From Octopus sinensis (Eukaryota): a DNA stretch of 64,000 nt. Position numbers and translations under genes: made by a program. The notes under the pieces are model-generated. The model did not search any database, had not been told where the DNA came from, and was given only the letters and a program-made list of their open reading frames with translations. Where the stretch lies: contig NC_043014.1 of NCBI RefSeq assembly GCF_006345805.1, positions 26,970,001 to 27,034,000 on the forward strand, given 5' to 3'. This document shows positions 38,954 through 52,740 of this stretch, one piece after another (the first letter of the stretch is position 1; every line of letters starts with the position of its first letter).

Positions 38954-39099
38954 ATTATAACCTCTGACGAGGCCTATGGTTTCTTAATGTATAAGTATTA
39001 TATTTTTTAAATGCCTATAACCTTAGTGTGTTGACATCTATAGGCAATGAAAATTGGATTTATTTTTTACCATAGGCTGAAACAGCTGTAAGAAGTAAT
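38954..39099 (+). ncRNA. Type I hammerhead with long stem II loop (right arm)
   Basis: CUGACGA 38964-38970; 10-bp stem II GGCCUAUGGU/ACCAUAGGCU; GAAA 39079-39082; ACAGCUGU palindrome; GUA ending at 39090; stem I weak. Confidence 0.7.
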
Positions 39100-39539
39100 T
39101 TTTAGGATTTCATTAACTTATACTATGACTTTTAAAATCTCTATTTGTAATATTATCTCATCTATTGATTTATATAATACTTTTGTATGCTTTTGAAGTT
39201 CTCATTCGTGAAATGAATAAATAATCCAGCATTATAATATCCGTAACTTGATGAACAAACCAAATCTGTTTCTCCATTTCTTATTTGTAATATAAATTTA
39301 TGGTAAAAATATATTTCTTTACCTTCACCCGTTTGATACAATAAATGACTTAATTTCATTGCAATTAAAACCATCTATGTATTAAGAACTTGAATACTTT
39401 ACCAGCAGTATATTGGATAATTGATATCCCATAGTGGATTACACCCATAACCCCTATCTTACTTTGTACTATGTATATATATATATATATAATATATGTA
39501 TGTATTATATATGTATTTATGTGTATGTACATATATATA

Positions 39540-39570
<31 letters not shown>

Positions 39571-39571
39571 G

Positions 39572-39850
39572 TGAAGGCGCATGGCTCAGTGATTAGAGCA
39601 TCGAGCTTACGATCGAGAGGTTGTGAGTTCGAATCCCGGACCGGGCTGCGTGTTGTGTTCTTGAGCAAGACACTTTATTTCACGTTGCTCCAGTTCACTC
39701 AGCTGTAGAAATGAGTTGCGACGTCACAGGTGCCAAGCTGTATCTTGAATAACCTGGTGGCGAGGAGAGGGGAGGCCGGTATGCATGGGCGGACTGTTGG
39801 TCTTGTGCCTGGGAGGTGCAATCCCATGGTCAGTCATGGTCAGTCATGAG
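39572..39850 (+). mobile_element. tRNA-derived SINE, family 3
   Basis: A box TGGCTCAGTGATT, B box GAGTTCGAATCC, then CTTGAGCAAGACACTTTATTTCACGTTGCTCCAG. Confidence 0.85.
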
Positions 39851-39869
39851 CATATACATACATACATAC

Positions 39870-39901
<32 letters not shown>

Positions 39902-39917
39902 ATATATATATATATCT

Positions 39918-40597
39918 CCCGTCTGTCTTGATAGACAATGGGTCGCGCCAAGGGTGGGGCCTACTTTGATGATGAGCAGCGTCTGCTGTGACTGAACAGT
40001 CCAATTCTAGAGTGGCAGTCCCTGGTACAGTTGCTGCACACGAACAACGATAGGTACGTGTGGGGTGTTGCTGCAGTTGTCATCCGCCTGTCCGACCACA
40101 GCTGTGCTCTCCTTTCCTCAGCCATGGAAACGCCTTTCCTCACTGTCCGACGCCAGGCAGAGCGGTCAGCAGCTGTTACCTCCCACGTGTCCAACTGATG
40201 TTGGCAGTCCTCAGGTCGCGCTTGCACACATCCCTGTAATCGTAGCTGTGGACGTCCCTTGGGTCGGGATCCCGTGGTGAGTTCGCTGTACAGGATGTCT
40301 TTAGGCATGCGACCGTCCTGCATGCGGCAGACGTGTCCGAGCCAGCGCAGTCGTCTCCGCACGAGAGGGCATGCATGCTTGGCATATTAGTCTGTTCTAG
40401 GATGACTCCGTTTGGTACTCGGTCCTTCCAGGAGATGCCAAGGATCCGTCGAAGACACCGCATGTGGAGCCGATGAGGCGGCATTCTTGCCGGGTGTATG
40501 TTGTCCAGCTCTCGCTGCCGTAGAGTAGGGTGCTCAGCACGCAGGCTCGGTACACTGCGATCTTGGTGGTTATTGTGAGCATGTTGTTTTCCCAAAC
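39918..40597 (-). mobile_element. RTE/BovB-clade LINE 3' fragment
   Basis: [56 protein letters not shown] and terminal CSNCTRDCHSRIGLFSH. Confidence 0.93.
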
Positions 40598-40626
40598 TCT
40601 CCTGGAGAGCTTATATATGCATATAT

Positions 40627-40709
<83 letters not shown>

Positions 40710-40782
40710 TATATAGATATATATATATATTATATATATGTAATATTATACATATATATATACATATATAATACATACACAC

Positions 40783-40832
<50 letters not shown>

Positions 40833-40862
40833 TAAGTATATATCTATATATATATATACACA

Positions 40863-41742
40863 TGAGTGGCTGTGTGGTAAGTAGCTTGCCTACCAACCAC
40901 ATGGTTCTGGGTTCAGTCCCACTGCGTGGCATCTTGGTCAAGTGTCTTCTGCTATAGCCTCGGGCCGACCAATGCCTTGTGAGTGGATTTGTAGACGGAA
41001 ACTGAAAGAGCCCGTCGTATGTATGTATATATATTAAGGTGTGTATATATGTTTTGTGTGTCTGTGTTGTCCCCCTAGCATTGCTTGACAACCGATGCTG
41101 GTGTTTTACGTCCCGGTGACTTAGCGGTTCGGCAAAATAAGTACTGGGCTTACAAAAAGAATAAGTCTCGGGGTCGATTTGCTCGACTAAAGGCGGTGCT
41201 CCAGCATGGCCGCAGTCAAATGACTGAAACAAGTAAAATATATATATATATATATATATATTAATATATGGGCCGCAGTCAAATGACTGAAACAAGTAAA
41301 AATATATATATATATAATATATAATATATATATATATATATATAATATATATATATATATTACTTGTTTCAGTCATTTGACTGCGGCCATGCTGGAGATA
41401 TATATATATATATATTTTACTTGTTTCAGTCATTTGACTGCGGCCATGCTGGAGCACCGCCTTTAGTCGAGCAAATCGACCCCGAGACTTATTCTTTTTG
41501 TAAGCCCAGTACTTATTCCATCGGTCTCTTTTGCCGAACCGCTAAGTTACGGGGATGTAAACACACCAGCATCGGTTGTCAAGCAATGCTAGGGGGACAA
41601 CACAGACACACAAACATATATACACACACTTATATATATATACATACATACGACGGGCTTCTTTCAGTTTCCGTCTACCAAATCCACTCACAAGGCATTG
41701 GTCGGCCCGAGGCTATAGCAGAAGACACTTGCCCAAGATGCC
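40863..41742. mobile_element. Tail-to-tail inverted pair of family 1 SINEs
   Basis: + copy 40863-41237, - copy 41417-41742; extra tail fragments at 41270-41301 (+) and 41361-41398 (-). Confidence 0.85.
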
Positions 41743-41745
41743 ATA

Positions 41746-41799
<54 letters not shown>

Positions 41800-42715
41800 T
41801 ATATACTATATATATACACACACAAAGCAACCTGTGGTTAAGAAGTTCTCTTTGCAACCACGTGGTTTCAGGTTCTGTCCTATTCCGCAGCACCTTGAAC
41901 AAGCGTCTTCTACTAGAGTCCAGAGCTGACCAATGCTTTGCAAGTGAATTTTGTAGGCAAATGCTGTAGGAAACCCCGACGTGTGTTTGATCTCCATCAC
42001 CGCCACACCTTGACAATCGGTGTTGGTTTGTTTACGTGCCTGTAAATTAGCAGTTCGGCAAAAGATGGCAGTGCCACAGCATGGCCACAGTGCAATGATT
42101 GAAACAAGTAAAAGAATAAAAGCTATATCAGTAATCTTTCACTCCTACCCTCTATTTTTCATTCTATCCACTTTATATATTACTAAAACCTCCCACATCA
42201 CACCTGACTCTTCCTCTCCTCTTTTGCTCCCTTCTTTCTTTCACTTTTCTTCTCCTGTTTTCTTAACGCTATTTCACTTATACACATCCACTCCCCTCTT
42301 TCTCCTCTCTCTTTTCTGACTTTTTATTATATCTTTTACGCTTTCACCCCTTACTCTTTCTCCTTACTCTCCTTCTCTCGTTCTCTTTCCCTCTTACCTC
42401 CAACCACCACCATATTAACACTCTTACTCCGTCTGTCTGTCTGTCTTTCTCTCTCTCTCTACTACTACTACTACTACTACTACGACTACTACTACTACTT
42501 ACTGTCTTTCTTCTACTATTCCGTCTTGTTTTACTCTTACCATTTCTCTGACGTTATTAACCCTCTCTCTTCTACTTAGTTTCATTCTCTTTCTTATTCC
42601 ACATATTCTCCAACCTCTTCTTTTATATTTCTTATTCTAGATTTTTTTTCCTCTTTCTCTTCTCATTTTTTCTACATCTGTTCCTTTTCTGGTCAACATT
42701 CATCCTTGTCGCTTC

Positions 42716-42751
<36 letters not shown>

Positions 42752-43429
42752 CCCTCCCTCATAACTTCTGTCTTTCTCTATATGGTTTTCCCTCTCTTGC
42801 TTCCCTCTCTATCGCTCACTTACTTTCTCACTCTCTCTTTATGTGAGTCTGTCCATTTATTTCTTTCACATTTCTTTCCTACACCTCTTTCATTTTGTCG
42901 CTGCATATTTCTACAAAATTCCCCCCCCCCTCTCCATTCACCGTTCTCTTTTTACTCACACTCTCTCCTTTTCTTCTATTATTTCTTTTTCCATTGATCT
43001 CACAACAGTTGAATCACACGCGGCATCATCCTTAGCCATCAGCACTATCACTACAACACCATCACCATCATCATCCCCTCCACCACCACCATCACCACCA
43101 CCCAAGCACCACCACCACCACGCGCAGATACTATTTCTTCCAGATTTACTACTACTGCCACCGCTACCCCTCTTTTCCATTCCTGATACCACTATTAAAG
43201 CCACCAGAATCACCACTGCCTTATCAATACTGGGAGACATATATCACAAATACCACTTCTACCGTCACCACAACATATAATGTTGACATTATCGCTAATA
43301 TCCTCCCAATCACATCAATTGCCTGAGCCTCAACGTACTTCGGTTCCCTTATAGAAAAAAAGCCGGGTTGGTCACAATGGAATACCCTTGATCATTCCCA
43401 TCACCAGCTCGATACCACCTCCATCCAAC

Positions 43430-43585
43430 ACAAACATCTACTATTAAATATCAACAACAACAACAACAACCCTTTCTATTTCCACACTCCTGCCACCGCA
43501 ACCATCTCGACCACCACAGTCACTTAGCACTGCCATCTCTGCTACCACAATCACTTACTAACCAACATAGCCACTACCATCACAT

Positions 43586-43616
<31 letters not shown>

Positions 43617-44540
43617 CATCAGCAACACCATCATAACCCCCACCAATACCAGCAACTCTCGCCAACAGCACCAACTTCAATATCGAAAACTACCACCACT
43701 ACAACCACTAGCAACACCACCGCTACCACACACACCATCATCACCACCACCAATCCTATCACCACTACTTCCACCATCACCCCAACACACACTCACAGTA
43801 CTACCACCACCACTAACAACATCATAACCAACGCCATAAACAAATTGGTTACTCGATCTGCTAGAAATAGCAGACAAATCTCCTTCAAACCTACACTTGA
43901 TTCTGATAAAGAGGCAAAATCATTAGCTAGTGTTGTTGTTCACCCCTTTAATAACACAGGATGGTCATGGTTGCAATGCAGTTCGTCATAAGTCTACTCG
44001 ATCGAGGGTGACCTAGGGCTAAACAGCAGCAACCACAGCATTAACACTACCGCATGCAAACAGTCCCACCGTCACCATCATCACCTCTACCATCACTTTA
44101 ATAACGATAACCAGAATACACACTCACACACTCACACACACACACACACACATACCATTACCAAGAAAAATACTATCACCATCAACCACAACAATACTAT
44201 CACGACCACCACTAGAAACACTACCACCACCACCACCTCCAGAAAAACAGTCACTACCACCACAACCACCACCGCCGCCACCAGCATCAGCATCACCACC
44301 ACCACCTCTATCACCACTATCTCCACCAACGCCATAAACTTTATCATTAACCCTAATCACCAATACCATCAATGTCATAAACACCACCACCTGGCACTAT
44401 CACAACCACCACCATCAAGAACCGCTACCATCACCACACCGAACAACACCACGTGCACTACTACCATCGCCACCACCACGGCCGTGAGTATCTCCATCAC
44501 CAACACTACAGCTACCATCATCACCGTTATCATCACTTCC
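43430..44540. repeat. (ACC/CAC/AAC)-rich low-complexity region
   Basis: Degenerate trinucleotide tracts; the ORFs here are compositional artefacts. Confidence 0.85.
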
Positions 44541-44852
44541 ACTCAACAACAACAAAACGAGTCAGCGAACGAAACGCTCCGTAGTCGCTAGGTTTGCAAA
44601 AAATAGCAGCCAAATCTCCTTCAAATCACACTATTAATGTCGTTAAAAAACGGATACATTGGATAATGGAATCCTCAGCAAAAATAAATGACAGGATGGT
44701 CGTGGCTGGAACGCTTTCGATCAACGCTATGCTCGATATATCAACTTAACCACCATCAGGGCCTGAGAATGCATCAACGATAACAACATCCACATCAGTA
44801 AGACCACCCATTACCCCAGCCTCAACAACCACCCACATCTGTCTCTTGCCGT

Positions 44853-44911
<59 letters not shown>

Positions 44912-45464
44912 TTCTTTCTCTCTCTCTCTCTCTCTCTTTCTTTCTCTCTCTCTCTCTCTCTTTCTTTCTCTCTCTCTCTCCCTCTCTCAAGCAGAAAGCA
45001 GTTACCATTTGGAGGGGAAGCTGCAATAACGTCTTGGATTCGCTTTCGTAAACCAAACGATGTAGTAGTCTTTATCGTTTTTAGTCGTTTGCTTGGCCCT
45101 ATAGTAATTTCTGTATACACCACACACACACACACACACACATACACACACACAAATACATATACACGCGCACATACATACGTACATACATACAGACAGA
45201 CAGAGACAAACAGACAGACAGACAGACATACGATATACACTTTTGCTATGTGGCTTGTACGGTGCAGCAGTGGTTTCGTCGACGACGGCGTCACCTTGAA
45301 TAACACTCAGGCTGAACAGTCTCTTTCGTTCCTACAAAACAGCTTGCCCTAATACAATACACACACACATATACACACCTGCATACCCCAACACCAACAC
45401 ACACACACACACACACACACATACATATTCATATATATAGATATATATATATAATATATATATA

Positions 45465-45499
<35 letters not shown>

Positions 45500-45500
45500 G

Positions 45501-45695
45501 GTGCATACACATCCCATAGCCATGTACCGGGCAGTGAAAAAGCTACACAGTGATCAGGGCAGGTTGTCGTTCGAAGTAGGTGACCTCATGACCCTTATTC
45601 AAGAAGACACAGGTTACGATGGAGTATGGTTGGTCCAAGACGGCAAAGGACATCTGGATTATGCACCTATGTCCTACCTGACACCTGAACCGAAG
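45501..45695 (+). CDS. Internal exon encoding an SH3-like domain of a host gene
   Basis: AG at 45499-45500; strong donor AAG|GTAAGT at 45695/45696; 195 nt, phase 0-0; peptide AMYRAV...RLSFEVGDLMTLIQE...DGVWLVQDGKGHLDYAPMSYL matches the SH3 pattern. Confidence 0.75.
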
Positions 45696-45878
45696 GTAAG
45701 TGGTGCCACTTATTTCCAAAATAACGACGATTTTAAAAAGAAAACAAATGGTGAAGGAGCGAAATAGATATCACAAAATTTATTTTCATACAAGTTTACA
45801 AGTTTATATTAATCCCTACACATACATAACTTGCACACACTCACACGGATACGTGTTTATATATGTGCACACACACAC

Positions 45879-45926
<48 letters not shown>

Positions 45927-46850
45927 TATATATAATATTATATATATATATATATATAATATATATATATATACACATGTATATATATGTATATGTGTGA
46001 CCCGTCGGTTTTTTGTGTCGTCTCCTTGTGTGTTTTGGCGTTCTTGTCCCACTTTGTAATTTATATTTTATATCAATTTCTATACATATATATAATCTCT
46101 GTGTGTACACACACACACACATTCGAATGTCTACACAAATATTCACGTAGGTTTATGCTTTCTGAACCAGTTACCTAATTTTGTCAAGAAACACGTGTAT
46201 CAATGTACATCTCCCAAGCTATTGAATGACAAATCCAAGGAGCACTCAATACAAGTGTTCTTAGAGTTAGAAATATATATTTTGACAAGATTATTATTAA
46301 ATGCAACATGTGTATGTGTGTTTCTCTCTCTCTCTTCCTGTGTGTATCAGTGTTAGCGTATATGTTTATGTGTGTGTGTGTGTGTGGTTCTTACGTGTCT
46401 TGTTCCTGAGTGTATACACATACGCACACATATACACCCACAGATGCGAACGAGCTATGAAATGTTTATATATAACCATTAATGTAAGCGTAATTATGTT
46501 TTCCCCTGCTTGCTTTCGTTTTAAGTATGTTTACATTTAATATATAAATCGAGGCTTAGCTACGAGAAAGGAAAGTTATGGGGAGAGAACATTTATACAT
46601 AAACACAAATATGTGCGTGTACGTGCTCTTTTTTTGTATGTGTGTATATGCTTTCAATTTTACATGTGTATTGATATGTTTATGTATGTGTGTATGCATG
46701 TATGTATGCAAGCATATACGTATATGTATATGCTTACAGTCAGTGGTTTTGTTTGCGCTACTTCGTAAGTATGTGTGTGCACGCAGTTTCCTGTTTGTAA
46801 ATATGTCCATGCAATTTTAAGTGTGCGATTCTCAATAAATTTATCAATGC

Positions 46851-46893
<43 letters not shown>

Positions 46894-47776
46894 CAGTGTG
46901 TGTGTGCGTATAAAAGATTTTGTGCAAGTGATTGTTTTCGTACACCCCTGTGTGTGTGAGAGAGAGGGGGGTAGAGAATGACAGTGTTATATTACAGCTG
47001 CATGTGTGAGTATACATCTGTGTAATTTGTATGTGTGGATGTGAATTATTTTGGCTGATTGTAGATATATATGTATAATTTTACTTATATGCTTCTATAT
47101 GTGTATGCGCGTGCATCTGTATTGTTTGCTACGAGTGTAAATTCATGCACACACGCATACACGCACACACACAAACGCACACACATACGTGCATATGTGC
47201 ATGCAAGCGTGCTTAAGCGTATGCATGAGCGTTTTTGTGTGTGCACAGGCGTAGCATAACTGAATTTGAGTGACTGACGCCTGGTATGTGAGCGTGCAGT
47301 TTTTATGTATGTTTGGCTGTAGTATGTCAAACATTTGGCAGAAGTCCTTTACAAATCCGGAGTTTGACCTTACATATCGTAACAGCTCTAACGCTTTGCT
47401 TAGCTACTGACAACTACTACAGCCGAAACCACTGCATCACCACTTGCTGCTGCTGCTGCTACTACTACTGTTGATGCTGCCACTACAGAATGTAGCATCT
47501 GTGTACGTATATAGATAGATAGATACATACATATATACATACACACATACAAACACACACACGTACATACAAACATACGTACATTACATATGTGTGTATG
47601 TATGTGTATATATTTGTTTGTGTGTGCGTGTGTGTGTGTGTGTGTGTAGTACAACAAATACTATGTACTACTTACAAATAGTATAGAGTCACAACAGCTT
47701 CAACAATTATTACAACTATTGCCAGTACTACTAAAAACACTAAGGTCACATAACTGTAACATCGTATACTACGGCG

Positions 47777-47779
<3 letters not shown>

Positions 47780-47814
<35 letters not shown>

Positions 47815-47916
47815 TAGATAGATATATGTATATATATGTCTATATATATGTCTATATATATATATACATATATATGTATATATATATATATATGTATATA
47901 TGTGTATATATATGTG

Positions 47917-47954
<38 letters not shown>

Positions 47955-48165
47955 TATATATACACATATATACATATATATATATACACACATATATATA
48001 TATATGTATATATATATAGACATATATACATATATACATACATATATATATATACATATATATACGCATATATATACATATACATACATACATACATCCA
48101 TCCATACATACATACATACATACATACATACATACATACATACATACATACATACATACATACAC
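47780..48165. repeat. Compound (AT)n/(AC)n/(ATAC)n microsatellite, representative of dozens in the window
   Basis: Visible tandem di- and tetranucleotides; similar tracts at 894-985, 3597-3708, 12681-12770, 36445-36569, 48900-49350 and 62815-62970. Confidence 0.95.
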
Positions 48166-48564
48166 CGTATACACTTATACTAAGGTGAGAATCAGTACGT
48201 AGCACTTCCCTCTGCAAGAAGTAGTAGCAAAATTACCGACACATTAAAGCGTACTGTCTTGAAAAAAATGAAGGACTCGTTAGATAACAGAGTTCTGTAA
48301 GAGGAACGATGTCTCAAAAATGAAACAACGAGTAAGGTAGAACGTCACTGATCATATGTCTGCTCTATCAAAGCTTGCCTTGGGCTAAAGAACAACGACT
48401 ACGACCTGTTACTACTACAACCTAAACCACTGCAGCAGTATGAATAACAACAAAACTACCACCACCACCACTACCACTACTAAAGTGAAACTACACCATT
48501 CATGTACACTTATCGTACGTACGTACAGACAGACGGACGGACGGACGGACGGACGGACGGACGG

Positions 48565-48600
<36 letters not shown>

Positions 48601-49308
48601 ATTAATACATACATAACAATTAATCGTCTGTGTTTAGAAAGTGCCAAACACAAAAGTGTGAACAAGAGGATAAGAATTTATGCTGAAAGTCGAGTTATAT
48701 AATATCTATCTACACACAAACACACACACTTATAGTCATACACACATAATAAAGAGGGAGTGAGAGAGACGAAAAGACAAGAAGAAAGGAAGACAAAATG
48801 AAAAGATAGAACACTGTCTTCGGTATTGAGTACTCTTTCCTCCTTTTTTCACATCTAAGTGCTAATACACACGCACATACATATATGAATGTGTGTGTAA
48901 TGTACTATAACTGCTGCTGCTGCTATTACTACTACTACTACTACTACTACTACTATTACTACTACTACTACTACTACTACTCTTCCCTTCTCCTCCTCCT
49001 ACTACTACTGCTACTATTATTACTACCACCACCATCATTACCACCACCACCACTACTACCATCACCATCATTACTACTACTACTACTACTACTACTACTA
49101 TACTACTACTACTACTACCACTTCAACAGATAGAAGTATTATAGCAAAATATGCAACTACAATATGACAACTAGTCGTACTAATAAATATCGGCACACTA
49201 TGACCATAACAGCAACAACAATTTCAATACTACCACTACAACTGCTTTTACCACTACTAAAACTACTACTACTTTTATCACTAGCCACATCACTACCACT
49301 TTTACTAA

Positions 49309-49341
<33 letters not shown>

Positions 49342-52300
49342 AAATAGCTTTAGTTATTGCAACACCACCTGTTATTGCGTGACTACTCGGGGTGCCTCCT
49401 CTAATTAATTGTTGGGCTTGCTAGAAGTAGCAACCAGAATTTCTTTCATTGCCGTCTTTAAAAATGTATAGGAAGGACATGTAAGATAATGTGGTTAGTC
49501 CTAGATACATCTGGAATGCCTTTGATCGTATCTCTGATCTGGAGGGGAAGGGTTAATCAACTATAACGGTATCATTGGAACAGTAAGGGCAACCGCAGAA
49601 ACAAGCAGCAGAAACAACTACAATAGCTTACATAATACAACAGCAACCACCGGAAGAAGCAGAGAAATCTTTCAAATGACCCCAACGTCTTAAAAATAAG
49701 GAAGGACACACTAGACAGCATTGCGTTTTAGACTTCTGAAAAAAGGAGAAACTGTTACGTTGGAATGTCTTTGGCCGTAGGGGTTTTTTTTTTTGTTGAA
49801 ATATCAGCTCAGGCCAACCAACAACAATAACGAGGATGCCTGTAAGTGGTCTCTTGACATACTAGAAATAGCAACCAAATCTTTCTCAAATCACATATTT
49901 CCACTTTTTAAAAAAATGATACGTTCATTGAATGACATTCAAGATACACTCTCTGAAAATAAAGTGCGATGGTCACAGCTGGAATATGTCATCTTGATTA
50001 GGTATGGCCTGGAATTAGGCAACAATAACAACAAGGAAACCTTTACTCCACGGGGTGCCAAAATACCTCTCCTGCGAACAAAATTCAACCCTGACGGATC
50101 AGCAAAAATAAAATGCCGTGAAGATTGTTGAATGTAATAATGTTTCGTTGCTCAAGTCCTTCGTTTGGGAGTTTGAAAATAAAGGAAGAAAACTGAAGTT
50201 GGGAAACTGTTTAGTAAGGGAGGACCAAGAAAAAGAGAGTGTGTGATAGGATAAGACGCCATGAAAATGAAGAGAACGAAGAAGAACCAGGAAGCTGAAC
50301 AGGTGATTATCTAGACATCGACAAACAGCCACAGAAAAAATTGCTGTCAAGGTGACAGATTAAATTGTAGTGGGGAGGTTTGAGGGAGACCAGAAAGTAA
50401 ATAGGTACAATACATCAAGCAAACCACAAACTGAGACAATTCCGATAACAGATTACGGGAGAAGATTTTAAGGTTGATGGTACTGGGGAACAGGCAACAC
50501 AGTAGGTAAGGCAGGGTGTTAGAATACATATGCAAAGACACAATTATATATACACATACATATATACACTTACGTTCAGAAATTCATCCATATACACGTT
50601 CTCACGTTCACACAGTCTTTCACACACACATGCACACCCATTGGTACTTATAAACACTCATGCACGTTTCCTCACTTTCATCAAGGAAATAATGAATGTT
50701 AAGCAATCTTTTGAAATTAACATTAAAATAGAATATCTTGTGCAGCAAACACTGTAATTCACTTGCACTTCGAAACATATAGAAATGAATGAACTGCGAG
50801 CGCAGGCGTGCGAAGTCATTTACTCTGGGACACAGTTAACTGTTTAACGTTTCCCTTTATGTTTCTCTTCGGCATTCAGCAAATAATTAATTACTAGTTC
50901 TCATTTTAAAACGATTTAGCAACCGGTTCGCGCGAATCGGTGGGAACCGGTCCAACTCACCGTTGGTCCTACACATACGAAAACTGGGAATAGTTACAAG
51001 CTTTGGATCACTGGGCAACTCGATAATGACTGATCTGGGGGCAAAGCAACATCGGTCTCATTATCAACTTTGATATTGATAATGGCAGTCACATATGTCC
51101 AGTCACGAATCGTAGTTCATAAATGGCTCTTTCTCCTTTACAGGTTTCCACTGAGCTGCTGTGATCCCACCAAAGATATAAGTTTAATCCCCTCATCTTG
51201 TCTATAATCACACCCCTGTATCAGTCAGGTCTACTCTGATTTTTCGTACCGCTACCCAGCTGTGTGGAAGTAGAGTATCTTGGTAGTCGAATTTTCTCTA
51301 TTCTTTGGACATGCCTAAGCTAACGTAGGTTTCATTGTACTTTCCACTACAACATAACTGGTACCAACAGACCCACTACAACAGCACCGAAAGACTATTA
51401 TGCTGTCCACCCACACATTTCAGACAAACAATAAATGTATTTCAATTGTTATTTAACTCTTGGTGATCTCTAAATGAGCAAACCTATGGACCAATAGCGT
51501 TCTAACAGTGGCCCTTCCCTTCTTTATTTCAAACCGTGATCTAAAGCTATGATACCCAACATTTCTCTTTCTTTTTCGTTTTAAAACGCGTAGTGTTGAG
51601 GAAGATTTGGCTGCTATTTGTAACGACTGGCACTGGTAGAGCTTCTAAACGGTTACTCCACTAGCTAGAAATAGTAGCCATGTCCCCTAAATGTCATTTT
51701 ACTGTCTTAAAAAGAGAAAGGCGCATTGGATAGAGTAATCCAGAAAAGAGTATGATTATGACTGAATAAAAAGCAAGATAGTCACAAGTGGAACGCCTTT
51801 AGATCTGCTCGATCATGGCCGATCTTGAGTCAAACTACAACAACAACGATAACAGCAGCAGCAAAGCAACAACAACAACAGATCCAATCAGAGAACCTTT
51901 ATGTGGTCGTTCAGCCCGCCAGAAATAGCAGCCAAATCCCACTTATATGACACCGTAGCACATTGGTGGCAAACCTTTTTTAGCCCACTCAATCGATATT
52001 TTAATTTCTTTAATAATCCTGTGATTAATGGTATGCATGTTTTTTTTTTTAAGATAATGTATTTTAAAATAAATGCTTATAGCTTTTATAGTATGATATT
52101 ACAGGAAGATTTTATTTTTCAAAGGCCATCACGTCGCACTTGAAATCCCTCAGCGTGTCACAGTTAACCCACGTGTCGAAGGTTCAGCATCGCTACTCTA
52201 CTGTCTTATAAAACAAAACTGATATGTTGAATATGTTGCATGAATATATACCCAAAATGATGGAATGGTCGTCGTTAGACCTGGAACTTAACACAACCAT

Positions 52301-52686
52301 TCAAAGATAGAGCTATTATATAACCGCTTGGCTTCAAGTTTACCGGTGTTTCTTAGCCTTCTTATTTGCTACTTTATTTTCTATTTTATTACCCCACCCC
52401 CACACTCCTTGACAAGTTGTTCTCGCTACACCCATATGCATTTATTGTCAAATTTTCCCCTGATCTCTTCAAATTTCCCTTCCTCTTCCGCTGAGAAATT
52501 GAAATTCTTTCCTGATTTAAAAATAGTGGAAATATAGTAACCAAGTGTTCTTTCTATAATTGTACCATACCATTTGCTAGAATGCTTTCCATCACAGGGT
52601 ATTCTGGTTCGGGGTTGACATGAAGTTAAACAACAACAATACAAGGCAGAGAAAGAACCATTGTACAACTGTTTGACTTACTCCAA

Positions 52687-52740
<54 letters not shown>

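Larger units (their letters stand above)
37884..39470. mobile_element. PLE-like insertion with inverted pseudo-LTR arms, each with a hammerhead
   Basis: Arms about 37884-38395 and 38850-39284; the spacer reads on the minus strand as a decayed GIY-YIG-like segment (YILFRC...YYNGYTIRHIRI...LEHLN). Confidence 0.7.

Noticed and set aside
39572-39645. tRNA-like sequence with A and B boxes
   Set aside because: It lacks a full cloverleaf and runs into a SINE body; it is a SINE head, not a tRNA gene.
51144-51210. Acceptor-like TCTCCTTACAG
   Set aside because: Short open frames only, with no convincing donor or homology.
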